Below, piece after piece: positions 35,699 to 44,908 of a stretch of DNA of 64,000 nucleotides. The notes beneath the pieces were generated by a model. That model had not been told where the DNA came from. It saw only the letters and a list, made by a program, of their open reading frames with translations, and ran no database searches. The DNA is from a virus, in IMG/VR virus record IMGVR_UViG_3300048851_000105, positions 61,779 to 125,778 of that record; one strand, written 5' to 3'. Position 1 is the first letter of the stretch, and each line of letters starts with the position of its first letter. Position numbers and translations under genes: made by a program.

Positions 35699-36160
35699 GT
35701 GACGATCGTGATGCCTTCCGGTGGGGAGGACGATGGCTTCGACTACGAGGACAGCGTCTTCCAGATTCCTGAGCGCGTGCGCGCCGATCCTCGCTACGTT
35801 CTCATCCACGAGCGGATGGTGCAGAACCTCCGCCAGGAAGCAGCCGGGCTGGAGATGAACACGCTCCAGATGATCCTCGTCGAGCGCATCGCCAACGGCT
35901 ACGTCCTCATGCGCTGGCACGAGGACCACCCGGGCAACTGGGCTGGCGTGAACACCGAGAAGGACTTCGTGCTCAACTGGCGCTCGCTCGTCAGCGAGTT
36001 CAACAAGATTCTGGCCGCAGGCGAGGACAAGCGCCGCACAGCACTTCGGGACGCCTACGAGCGGATCATGATCGAGGGCCTGAAGATGATCGACGATGTG
36101 GAGTCTCGCGCGAAGGTCAAGAAGTTCTACATGGACGAGTTCGCCGACATCGGCGACTGA
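35699..36160 (+). CDS. hypothetical protein, possible terminase small subunit
   Basis: helical; first gene of the morphogenesis block; alternative start 35666. Confidence 0.55.
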   Translation: MTIVMPSGGEDDGFDYEDSVFQIPERVRADPRYVLIHERMVQNLRQEAAGLEMNTLQMILVERIANGYVLMRWHEDHPGNWAGVNTEKDFVLNWRSLVSEFNKILAAGEDKRRTALRDAYERIMIEGLKMIDDVESRAKVKKFYMDEFADIGD

Positions 36161-36174
36161 ACAGGAGGAAGATC

Positions 36175-36768
36175 ATGGCACCACGGCAGGTATTCGATTC
36201 CAACATCATCAAGATCGACAAGGACGGCAACCGCGTCCTGTCGGACTACCTCGAAGACGGCGAGGAACTGGCCGACTCCGGTCGCGTCACTCACCCCGTC
36301 GTGAAGCAGTCCACGGACAGCCTCTCCCAGATGGACGAGACCGGCGAGAGCCCGGCCGAGGCCGCGGGCTCCGAGAGCCTCCAGAAGCCCATCGACCTCT
36401 CGCACAGCGACGTCGGCGGCGCCGGGACGATCGACCCGTCCATCCTCGAAGACGCAGGCGCCGCGGGCGTGCGCACGGACGACGACGGCATCAACCGTGT
36501 CGCCGATGAGTCCGCCGCCACGAACGAGGGCCAGGGCACCGGCGAGGAGGACTCCGAAGAGGCCGCCTCTGGCGACAATTCGAGCGTCGAAGGCTCCGCG
36601 GAGGGCGACTCGAACGACGAGGGACAGTCCGAGGACGACACGCCTCAGGCCCCCGCGAAGTCCGACAACAAGCAGGCGTGGTACGACTACGCCGTCTCCA
36701 AGGGCTTCGAGGGTGAGCAGGACAGCATCACCAAGGAAGCCCTCATCGAGCAGTACGGCGACAAGTAG
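36175..36768 (+). CDS. acidic protein with C-terminal small helical domain
   Basis: AGGAGG RBS; PAKSDNKQAWYDYA...TKEALIEQY. Confidence 0.75.
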   Translation: MAPRQVFDSNIIKIDKDGNRVLSDYLEDGEELADSGRVTHPVVKQSTDSLSQMDETGESPAEAAGSESLQKPIDLSHSDVGGAGTIDPSILEDAGAAGVRTDDDGINRVADESAATNEGQGTGEEDSEEAASGDNSSVEGSAEGDSNDEGQSEDDTPQAPAKSDNKQAWYDYAVSKGFEGEQDSITKEALIEQYGDK

Positions 36769-36775
36769 TCGTCAA

Positions 36776-36813
36776 GGGGGCGGTGGAGCCATTCCACGGT
36801 AGCCGCCGCCCCC
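36776..36813 (+). terminator. stem-loop
   Basis: GGGGGCGGTGG...CCGCCGCCCCC. Confidence 0.5.
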
Positions 36814-36841
36814 ACCCACCATCTCACTCAGGGAGCACGTC

Positions 36842-37615
36842 ATGACTCAGGTCCTCAGTCTCACCCAGGACGACAACTCGCTCATCCTCATGCTGTCGGC
36901 CTCGGCCGGGTGCTCTCTCGACTCCAGCCCGAAGTCGAACTGGGTGGAGAAGGGCGGCGGCCTGCCCAACTACATCTGCCAGATCGCCAAGGGCGTGATG
37001 AAGAGCGGCAAGAGCAAGTCGCAGGCCATCGCCATCGCTGTGTCGCGCGTCAAGGCATGGGCGGCAGGTGGCGATGACGTCGAGGCAGGCACGCAGGCCA
37101 AGGCCGCGAAAGCGCTCGCGCAGTGGAACACCCTGAAGGGCCGGAACAAGGCCAAGAAGATCAGCCTCTCCCGACGCGAGGACGGCGCCGAGTACCTCAT
37201 GTTCTCGAACACGACCTCGTTCAACACCGAGATCGTTCGCGCCGCCTGGGAGGACCTCCAGCGCGAGAAGCGCAAGGCCGAGCAGGTGAAGCGCCGAGCG
37301 GCCGGACAGGACCCCTACGAGTCGGAGATCGGCATGTACTCGTGGGTCAAGGAACTCTGGACCGACTACCTCATCGCCACGGCGGAGGGCTCGTCCGGCG
37401 TGGAGTACGTGAAGGTGCCGTACACGGTCGACGACAGCAACAACGTCACCTTCGGAGACCCCACGATCGTGCACCAGGTCTGGGAAGAGGTCGAGGCTGA
37501 GGAACTCTCCGACAACGAACTCGAACTCCTCATGCGTCACCTCGAACTCTCGGCGCCGCGGCGCACGACCGCTAGCGAGCGGATCATGGAGTTGTCAAAT
37601 AGACTTCGTGGATGA
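36842..37615 (+). CDS. putative head-associated protein
   Basis: NWVEK.GGLP.YI..IA...SQAIAIAV domain; multiple hxLS motifs; precedes terminase. Confidence 0.65.
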   Translation: MTQVLSLTQDDNSLILMLSASAGCSLDSSPKSNWVEKGGGLPNYICQIAKGVMKSGKSKSQAIAIAVSRVKAWAAGGDDVEAGTQAKAAKALAQWNTLKGRNKAKKISLSRREDGAEYLMFSNTTSFNTEIVRAAWEDLQREKRKAEQVKRRAAGQDPYESEIGMYSWVKELWTDYLIATAEGSSGVEYVKVPYTVDDSNNVTFGDPTIVHQVWEEVEAEELSDNELELLMRHLELSAPRRTTASERIMELSNRLRG

Positions 37616-39510
37616 GTAATGCTCGTATGTCGGAGCGCCTGGCGCTCTTCGACGATCACGCTCCGGTCGAGACCTCACTGGAAGCCCTCTTCTGGGAGGA
37701 GCCGGTGCCCCTCGACGTCTTCGTCCAGGACAAGAAGTACCTCGGCAACCCACCGCTCAGTCCTGAGCAGTATCGACTCGTGCAGCACGCCGAGCGTATC
37801 TATCTGCCGCAGACGTTCCAGGACATGGCCGACACCTTCGGCGGGTACTGGAACGAGACTCGCCTCACCCGGATGGTCAACACGATCGTCGCGCAGTGGG
37901 GCAAGGGCGGTGGCAAGGACCACACCGTCCGTGTGGCGAACCTCCGGGTCACCTACCTCCTGCTCTGCCTGAAGAGCCCGCAGCGCTACTTCAGCATGCC
38001 GGACCAGGACTCGATCCACCTCCTCAACATCGCGTCGTCGTCCGGCCAGGCGAACCGAGCATTCTTCAAGCCCATGACCCAGGCCGTGAAGCGCGGCTGG
38101 TTCGCGGACTTCGCCGACCCCAAGCGCGACACCATCGAGTACGACAAGAACATCGAGGCGATCTCCGGCCACAGCGACGCTGAGGGTCAGGAGGGCATGA
38201 ATCTCATCTTCGGCGTGGCCGACGAGATCGACGCGTTCAAGGCCAAGGACGAGATGATCGGCCAGGGCAAGCGCGCTCGCGAGGCTTCCACCTCAGCCGA
38301 GTCGATTCTCGAAATGCTGAAGACCTCGGCGAGCACCCGTTTCCCGTGGTCGTACAAGCGCGTGGCCATCTCCTACCCCCGCTACCTCGGCTCCACGATC
38401 CAGCGCCTCACCACGGCCGGACAGGCCGACATCGACCTCATGGGCGAGAAGAGCAAGGAGTTCGTCTCCGGGCCTCTCGCCACGTGGGAGGTCAACCCGC
38501 GCGTGCCCGGCCGCGAGGCGTTCGAGGCGGACTACCGCCAGGACCCCTCCGCAGCCGCCGCGAAGTACGAGTGCAAGCCGAGCCGATCGACGGACGCCTA
38601 TTTCCGCAACCCGAACCTCTTCAAGCAGTCCGTAGTCCAGGAGACGCAGCCGCTGAAGATCACCTACAAGGTCTCGACGGTGAAGTCCTCCGAGACCGGC
38701 CAGCCCGTGCGAGTGTGGGAGCCGGAGTTCCACTTCGACGACGACTTCCTCCCGGCGGACGGTGCGCTCTACGCCATCCACGCGGACCTCGCGCTGCGGG
38801 GTGACCGGGCAGGCGTGGCCATGAGCCATGTCAAGACCCTCCAGGACCGTACCGAGACGATCATCGACGAGGACGACAACATCGCCGGTGAGACCACGAT
38901 CACGGTCCCGCTGGTGAAGAACGACTTCACGGTGGCCTTCACTGCGGACTCCGCCGCGCGCGATGCCGCGGAGCAGCCGATGCCGAGGGAAATTCAGATC
39001 AGGTGGGTGCGCATCCTCATCTTCCACCTGATCCGTCGAGGCTTCACGATCGTGCGAGTGACCTACGACCAGTTCCAGTCGGCCGACTCGATGCAGACGT
39101 TGGAGCGACACGGCATCAAGACCGATCGACTGTCCACCGACGTCAACGACAGCGTGTGGAAGACCCTGATGGACGTCGTCTCCGACAACCGCCTGGAGAT
39201 GCCCTACGACCCCATGCTCCAGATCGAACTGGAGGCCCTCACCCGCCTGTCTAACGGCAAGGTCGACCACCCACCGGGTGGATCGAAGGACATGGCGGAT
39301 GCGTTCGCCTGCTCGATCCAGGGCGCCGTGCTCGTGGGGGGCGAAGAGAATGCCAATGGTAGTGACGTACTGGTTGACGAGAGTTCGTTCCGCATGGGCT
39401 CGGCAGGCGACCCCTTCGATCAGGGCGAGTACGGATACACTGGAGCACTCCCGGGCGGCGGTTTCGGAGTACCGATGGGCATGAAGGGTTTCGGACATGG
39501 CGGCTGGTAG
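37612..39510 (+). CDS. terL: terminase large subunit
   Basis: GKGGGKD Walker A; VADEID Walker B; HADLALRGD and YDQFQS...DHPPGGSKDMADA nuclease motifs. Confidence 0.92.
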   Translation: MSNARMSERLALFDDHAPVETSLEALFWEEPVPLDVFVQDKKYLGNPPLSPEQYRLVQHAERIYLPQTFQDMADTFGGYWNETRLTRMVNTIVAQWGKGGGKDHTVRVANLRVTYLLLCLKSPQRYFSMPDQDSIHLLNIASSSGQANRAFFKPMTQAVKRGWFADFADPKRDTIEYDKNIEAISGHSDAEGQEGMNLIFGVADEIDAFKAKDEMIGQGKRAREASTSAESILEMLKTSASTRFPWSYKRVAISYPRYLGSTIQRLTTAGQADIDLMGEKSKEFVSGPLATWEVNPRVPGREAFEADYRQDPSAAAAKYECKPSRSTDAYFRNPNLFKQSVVQETQPLKITYKVSTVKSSETGQPVRVWEPEFHFDDDFLPADGALYAIHADLALRGDRAGVAMSHVKTLQDRTETIIDEDDNIAGETTITVPLVKNDFTVAFTADSAARDAAEQPMPREIQIRWVRILIFHLIRRGFTIVRVTYDQFQSADSMQTLERHGIKTDRLSTDVNDSVWKTLMDVVSDNRLEMPYDPMLQIELEALTRLSNGKVDHPPGGSKDMADAFACSIQGAVLVGGEENANGSDVLVDESSFRMGSAGDPFDQGEYGYTGALPGGGFGVPMGMKGFGHGGW

Positions 39511-41332
39511 CGAGGTGGCGCGGAAGGGCTCTTCTGGGGCCGCTCGGAGCGCCAAGAAGAACCGCAAGGCCGATGTCGTCGAGGCACTCAACGTCGAGCA
39601 GGGCGTCGACGCCGTCACGTCGTACATCTCGACGTTCGGCTCGGTCAGTCTCACGGGGCTCTCGAAGAACCAGAACGAACTCTTCCAGGAGGTCATGCGC
39701 CGACAGGGTGAGGACGCCGGTCCCACCGTTCGTCAGTTGGTCGCCATGCGCCGGATGGACGGCCAGGCTCGCGCGCTCTACCGCCTCCTGACGCTCCCCA
39801 TCCGCGCCGCGCTGAAGACAGCCACGATCATCGGAGACGATGACAGCGAGGAGGAGCGCCAGTTCATCGACGACGTCTTCCACCTGGCTCCTGAGTCCGG
39901 TGGCATGACCGTCACCTTCAACCGCTTCATGGGGCAGTTGCTCCAGGGTCTCTTCGACGGCTTCGCCGCGTTCGAGAAGGTCTTCTGGATTCCTGAGGAG
40001 GGGCCTCTCGCAGGCAAGGTGACGCTGAAGAAGTTGGCGCACCGACCCTCGGAGACCGTCACCTTCGTCATCGACAAGACGGGCGGCTTCTCAGGCATCC
40101 GCCAGCGGACGTTCTACTACGGCAAGCCGGTCGACGTCTTCATCCCCAAGAACCGGTGCTTCTACTGGGCCGCTCAGGAGGAGGAAGAGAAGTTCTACGG
40201 TGTCTCCTTCTTCGAGAGCGCGTTCTATCACTACGACAAGAAGGCCCGGCTCTACTACGCGTCGCACCTGGCCTCGTTCCGCGCGGCGGTCGGCACGCGC
40301 ATCGGCACGGTGCCCGCTGGCGCTTCGTCGAAGGCCAAGAGTGAGTTCGCCGCGTCGATGGCGAACCTCTCCATGGCGCAGTGGCTGATGATGCCCGAGG
40401 GCTTCAAGGTCGAGGTGCTTCAGGAGGGCGGCAACTACGACTTCCTCGCGCAGATCAACCACCACAACTCGGCGATGTCGAAGTCGATCCTCGCGAACTT
40501 CTTCGATAAGGACCAGGGCGCGGGGCAGTCCGAGGCCTCGCTCGTGAACTTCGGGCAGCCGGGCGACGAGATGTTCAACCTCATGCTCCGCGCGATCCAG
40601 AACGACATCGCGGACCAGATCAACCACTACATCATCCCGCAGTTGATCGACCTCAACTTCGGCACCGCGCGCTACCCCAAGTTCACGTGGGGCGCGCTCA
40701 CCGACGAGCAGAACGCCGCCATCGCGAAGACGTTCGACAAGTTGGCCAGCCAGCAGACGATCACGCCGGAGTTCATCCGGGCGATGGAAGAGCACCAGGC
40801 CAAGGAGTTCGGGCTCGACATCGACTACGACGAGGTCGATCTCCGCGAGGAGGAGGAAGCCGAGGCAGAGGCGGCTCTGGGAGCCATGCCGGGTCAGGAG
40901 GGTGCCGTTCCCGGCGCCGAGCCTGGCGGACTCCCTGGCAGCCCTCCAGCCGCCCCTGGTGCTCTGCCTGAGCCTCCGGCTCCCGGTGGGGCGCCCACGC
41001 CTCCCGTGCCCGCAGGCGACCCCGCAGAGCCTCCCACAGATGATGCTGGCCCGAGCGCCGCCCCGGCGTCCGCCGAGGGTGTCGAGAGCCCTGAGGCCTG
41101 GTCGTCCCTCGCGGACTTCGAGGAGGCTCTGGGTATCGAGGAGTCGGAGGACGAGGAGAACGACGACTTCGAGGAGCAGTTGACCCTCAGCGTCATCGAA
41201 GATTTCGAGAATCGACTCGAACTGAGCGCTGCGCTCGACGACTACGAACTGTCCCTGTCTCGCGACGAGGACAACCTGCTCACGATGGCGCAGAGCCTGC
41301 TCGATGCCGCTGGAGGATACGCCAATGCGTAA
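39497..41332 (+). CDS. portal protein (Mu gp29/DUF935-like)
   Basis: follows terL; GFAAFEKV, YG.S.FE, INHHN.AMSK.IL, IPQLID.NF..ARYPKF; Pro/acidic C-terminal tail. Confidence 0.88.
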   Translation: MAAGSEVARKGSSGAARSAKKNRKADVVEALNVEQGVDAVTSYISTFGSVSLTGLSKNQNELFQEVMRRQGEDAGPTVRQLVAMRRMDGQARALYRLLTLPIRAALKTATIIGDDDSEEERQFIDDVFHLAPESGGMTVTFNRFMGQLLQGLFDGFAAFEKVFWIPEEGPLAGKVTLKKLAHRPSETVTFVIDKTGGFSGIRQRTFYYGKPVDVFIPKNRCFYWAAQEEEEKFYGVSFFESAFYHYDKKARLYYASHLASFRAAVGTRIGTVPAGASSKAKSEFAASMANLSMAQWLMMPEGFKVEVLQEGGNYDFLAQINHHNSAMSKSILANFFDKDQGAGQSEASLVNFGQPGDEMFNLMLRAIQNDIADQINHYIIPQLIDLNFGTARYPKFTWGALTDEQNAAIAKTFDKLASQQTITPEFIRAMEEHQAKEFGLDIDYDEVDLREEEEAEAEAALGAMPGQEGAVPGAEPGGLPGSPPAAPGALPEPPAPGGAPTPPVPAGDPAEPPTDDAGPSAAPASAEGVESPEAWSSLADFEEALGIEESEDEENDDFEEQLTLSVIEDFENRLELSAALDDYELSLSRDEDNLLTMAQSLLDAAGGYANA

Positions 41333-43334
41333 GGTCGCCACCCCGGGAGGGTCTCGCTACTACGGCCTGCCGATCGGGGCCCCGATCACGGCGGACGCCA
41401 TCGCCAAGGCACGCGCGCGCAACGGCGGCAAGCGTCCCCCGGCGGGCTCCACGGCTCCGGCCGGTGCTGTGCGCGGAGCCCCAGTCAAGCGTGTTGCGCA
41501 GCAGAGGGAAGCAGCCGCAGCGGCTCAGGCCGCTCGCAAGGTCTCTCCGACCATCACCTTCACGCCGCCGTCCGAGAAGGCATCGGGCACGAAGGTGAAG
41601 GCGGGATCGGCCGTGTTCGGCGTACCCAAGAACTCGCGCACGTTCAAGAAGGACGGCTCGCTCGTCTCCTACAACGTCGACTCCGCGGGCAACCTGCGGG
41701 TGCTCACGCCGAACGGCGAGGCCAATCTCACGCCCGAGGCCGAGGCGCGTGTCAAGGCGCTCATGGTCGCCGAGCGCGAGAGCCTGACCGAGACCACCCC
41801 GGACGCAGCGCCGAAGCCCGAAGAGCCTGCCACGGACGCCGCTCCTGCCAAGCCGCGTTCGCGGTTCGCGCGCACCAATGAGGACGGCACGCCCAAGGAG
41901 ACGCCAGCGTCGCCGAAGGTCGATTCTGCGAAGCAGGATGCGGAGCGTGAGGAGCGGCGCCGCAAGTCGGCCGCGCAGGAGGCCGAGTCCAGGCGCACCG
42001 GCGTCTTCAACGAGTACGACCCCAGCAAGCGAGCCGCTGAGGGAGGATCGGACGTCGAGACGACTCCGCTCACCGAACTCGGATACGACCGCGACGAGGA
42101 GGTCACCATCTACCGCGGCGTCCCCGCGGACGCTGAGGGCGGCATCAACGAGGGCGACTGGGTCACCCCGGATGAGCAACTGGCCAAGGACTACGCAGGC
42201 ACCGGCCGAGTCGAGAGCAAGGTCGTGAAGGCGCAGGACCTGCGTACCGACCCCGAGGACGACTCGATGTCGGAGATGGTCTACGTTCCCGAATCTTCTT
42301 CCGCGGGTGCTGGGGAGTCCGACGACGCCGAGGCGTTGGACATGAGCACGTCGGGCCTCTTCCAGGGCCGCATCGAGGACTCGCTGGGTGAGTCTGTCGC
42401 ACCGGCCGAAGACGACCTGGCGGACATGCGACGCAGCCCGCTGACGAGCCAGCACATGACCCCCGAGGGCGAGTTCACACCTGAGCGCAAGGCTCTGCAC
42501 GACCAGATCATCGCGCGCTTCTTCGATGGCGTCGAGGCGGTCGACAACCCTGTCCAGTTCATGAACGGCGGTGGGCCCGCCTCGGGCAAGGGGACCATGA
42601 CGCGTGGCGACAACGCCAAGATCACGGGCTACCCCGCCACGCACATCGTCGACGACTTCGGCAACTTCAAGCCGGTCGAGAACCCGGGTGGCGTGATCGT
42701 CGACCCGGATCAGTTGAAGTTGTCCCTGCCCGAGGGCAAGAAGGCAGTCACCGACTTCGCCAACGGCGTCGAGCGCGACGAGGCCCACACCGAGTGGGCG
42801 GCGAACCTCCACGGCGAGTCGAGTTACCTCGCGCAGCGCCTCGTGGCGGCCGCGCACGAGCGTGGGGTGAACCTCATCCTCGACGGCGTCAACGACGGCT
42901 CGGCCGAGTCTGTCAAGCGCAAGGTCGAGAAGGCCCGCAGCCGCGGCTACAAGGTCGAGGCGAACTACATCTACCTCGACCCCGAGGAGGCACTCGCACG
43001 CGCTCGATCGCGAGCGGAGCGTGCCGGACGCCGCGTGCCGGAGAAGATCGTCATCGGTGCCTACTCGAAGTTGCCGGGCATCTTCGACGCGATCAAGGAG
43101 GGCCTCTTCGACAAGGTGCGCCTCTTCGACAACAACGTCGAGGGGTCGAACGCCTACCTCGTGGGAGAGGGGTCGCTCGACGGCTCCTTCGACTTCAAGC
43201 AGCCCGACTACGCAGAGGTCTACCAGCGCTACCTCGACAGCCAGAAGGTCGCGGAGGGCCTCCTGGGGCTCACGCAGAAGTCGGACGCTGACCGCGCGCT
43301 GAAGAAGAACCTGAAGGACCTGGCCGGTAAGTAA
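41325..43334 (+). CDS. putative virion-packaged effector: shared N-terminal domain + ART-like domain + zeta-toxin-like P-loop kinase
   Basis: GGAGG RBS; VTIYRGV..INEGDWVT..LAKDY...E; MNGGGPASGKGT, VDPDQLK, HGESS, NLILDG, RARSRA..GR.VP, FDKVRLFDN. Confidence 0.75.
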   Translation: MRKVATPGGSRYYGLPIGAPITADAIAKARARNGGKRPPAGSTAPAGAVRGAPVKRVAQQREAAAAAQAARKVSPTITFTPPSEKASGTKVKAGSAVFGVPKNSRTFKKDGSLVSYNVDSAGNLRVLTPNGEANLTPEAEARVKALMVAERESLTETTPDAAPKPEEPATDAAPAKPRSRFARTNEDGTPKETPASPKVDSAKQDAEREERRRKSAAQEAESRRTGVFNEYDPSKRAAEGGSDVETTPLTELGYDRDEEVTIYRGVPADAEGGINEGDWVTPDEQLAKDYAGTGRVESKVVKAQDLRTDPEDDSMSEMVYVPESSSAGAGESDDAEALDMSTSGLFQGRIEDSLGESVAPAEDDLADMRRSPLTSQHMTPEGEFTPERKALHDQIIARFFDGVEAVDNPVQFMNGGGPASGKGTMTRGDNAKITGYPATHIVDDFGNFKPVENPGGVIVDPDQLKLSLPEGKKAVTDFANGVERDEAHTEWAANLHGESSYLAQRLVAAAHERGVNLILDGVNDGSAESVKRKVEKARSRGYKVEANYIYLDPEEALARARSRAERAGRRVPEKIVIGAYSKLPGIFDAIKEGLFDKVRLFDNNVEGSNAYLVGEGSLDGSFDFKQPDYAEVYQRYLDSQKVAEGLLGLTQKSDADRALKKNLKDLAGK

Positions 43335-43343
43335 CCGGCACAC

Positions 43344-43359
43344 GTTACTGTGGTAACGT
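43344..43359 (+). promoter_or_regulatory. class 1 palindrome/-10 upstream of a small gene
   Basis: GTTAC-TGTG-GTAACGT. Confidence 0.6.
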
Positions 43360-43379
43360 AGGAGTGAAAGGAGGCGCCG

Positions 43380-43568
43380 ATGAAGATGAGCATGACGCAG
43401 TTGGGTCACTTGCAGGCCTTCTACGCATCCGGAGCCACGTTCGACGAGTTCATCACGGAGCACAAGATTCCCGAGGACATGCGCGCTGAGGCGCAGGTGT
43501 TCTGGGACGACGTCGCTGCGGACAGCAAGGCGAACAAGGGCACGACGATGCTGGTACCGTCCGACTAG
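43380..43568 (+). CDS. small protein, candidate immunity/antitoxin
   Basis: AAAGGAGG RBS; directly after the zeta-like gene. Confidence 0.65.
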   Translation: MKMSMTQLGHLQAFYASGATFDEFITEHKIPEDMRAEAQVFWDDVAADSKANKGTTMLVPSD

Positions 43569-43598
43569 ACGACCGACAGCAGCCGGGTGCTCTAGGAT

Positions 43599-43847
43599 GT
43601 GCCCATGGCGACTCTCGACGACTCCACGGACTCGATCCTCGACGATCAGACCCCGGAGGAGGCACCCCTTCCTCCCGTGACGGCCGAGCGCCTTCGTTCT
43701 CTGCGAGCCCTGATCGAGTACCGCTCAGAGGCGGGCGAGACGGACGCCGTGCAGGTCCTCACCGAGAAGTTCCGGTCTGAGTACGACCGCTTCGCTGAGG
43801 GGAAGACCGAAGAGGAGATCGACCAGGCGCTGAACAAGGCGCCGTAG
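43599..43847 (+). CDS. hypothetical protein
   Basis: TAGTG coupling to MuF. Confidence 0.65.
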   Translation: MPMATLDDSTDSILDDQTPEEAPLPPVTAERLRSLRALIEYRSEAGETDAVQVLTEKFRSEYDRFAEGKTEEEIDQALNKAP

Positions 43848-44674
43848 TGGCGTCGATCGCCGCTCAGTTGGAGTCGGCCCGCGTCAGCGCTCGCGCCGCG
43901 GCCTCCTTCGAGGCCATCAACCGCAGCCGGATCGAGCAACTCTTCGCCGACTGGGACGCAGGCCTAATCTCGAATCGACAGATCAGGCACCGTCTGGAGA
44001 ACGTCGTCCGCGGCGGCTACCGTGCCTCGGGCGCCACCGCGCGCGAGCACACACGCCGAGCCTCCGAACTGCCGGACTGGGTCCCGGCCAACCAGACCTT
44101 CCTCACGCCGTACCTCAACAGCCTGCTCGCGGATGTGCGTCGCAATCTCCGTGAGTACGCCGCTGTGCGCACGCGGAGGTCCTCCAGCGCTGACGACGTC
44201 GAGAAGGCCCGTAGGCGTGCGCTCCTGCGCATCAAGCACAGCGCCGGGGTGGCGACCACCCGCGGCTACACAGACGGCCTCATCCAGGCTCACGTCGAGT
44301 TGGAGGACCTCGGCTTCAAGGTCGTGAAGGTCTGGATGGCCAACTTCGAGAACAACACCCCCTGCCGATACTGCCGAGCGCTCCACGGCACCCAGCGCGG
44401 GCTCCAGGAGACGTTCCAGGTGCAGGTGAAGGAGGGCACGCGCCTTGCGATCTACCGAGACCTCCAGGGCCCTCCCCGGCATCCTCAGTGCCAGTGCTAC
44501 CTCGCGATCCTCATCATCACCTTGGAGAACGCGTTCGAGCCCATCAACGTCGACGCTCCTGCGGACCCTGAGGATGAGACCTCCGCAGCGGCGGTCCGGA
44601 ATCTTCCTCTGGCAGTGTTCCGGGCCATCATCGCGGCTCTACGGGCCATCGCGCGCTTCACCAGAGGAGAATGA
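43847..44674 (+). CDS. MuF-like minor head protein
   Basis: KVW...PCRYCRALHG...PPRHPQCQC. Confidence 0.8.
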   Translation: MASIAAQLESARVSARAAASFEAINRSRIEQLFADWDAGLISNRQIRHRLENVVRGGYRASGATAREHTRRASELPDWVPANQTFLTPYLNSLLADVRRNLREYAAVRTRRSSSADDVEKARRRALLRIKHSAGVATTRGYTDGLIQAHVELEDLGFKVVKVWMANFENNTPCRYCRALHGTQRGLQETFQVQVKEGTRLAIYRDLQGPPRHPQCQCYLAILIITLENAFEPINVDAPADPEDETSAAAVRNLPLAVFRAIIAALRAIARFTRGE

Positions 44675-44677
44675 AAA

Positions 44678-44899
44678 GTGGCTGACCGAACCAGATTCTT
44701 CTTCGACGATGTGAAGGACGCTGCGGACGCTCTCGTGCTGGTGCTCGAACATGCCCGGAATCACAAGGATGTGCAGTTCCGCTTCGGCCCTACGACGGCT
44801 CCGGCCATTCTGCAAAGTGGTCTCTGGCTAGAGGGTCAGATCGCCGACTTGGCTGATAGCATCGGGAAGAAGATTCTGGCAGTGCGTCACGACGAGTAA
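44678..44899 (+). CDS. hypothetical protein
   Basis: GAGGAG RBS. Confidence 0.6.
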   Translation: MADRTRFFFDDVKDAADALVLVLEHARNHKDVQFRFGPTTAPAILQSGLWLEGQIADLADSIGKKILAVRHDE

Positions 44900-44908
44900 G
44901 GATTCGCC

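Noticed and set aside
37612-39510. Possible intein or intron in the terminase
   Set aside because: Continuous ORF of normal length with no C/S...HN splice motifs or LAGLIDADG blocks evident.
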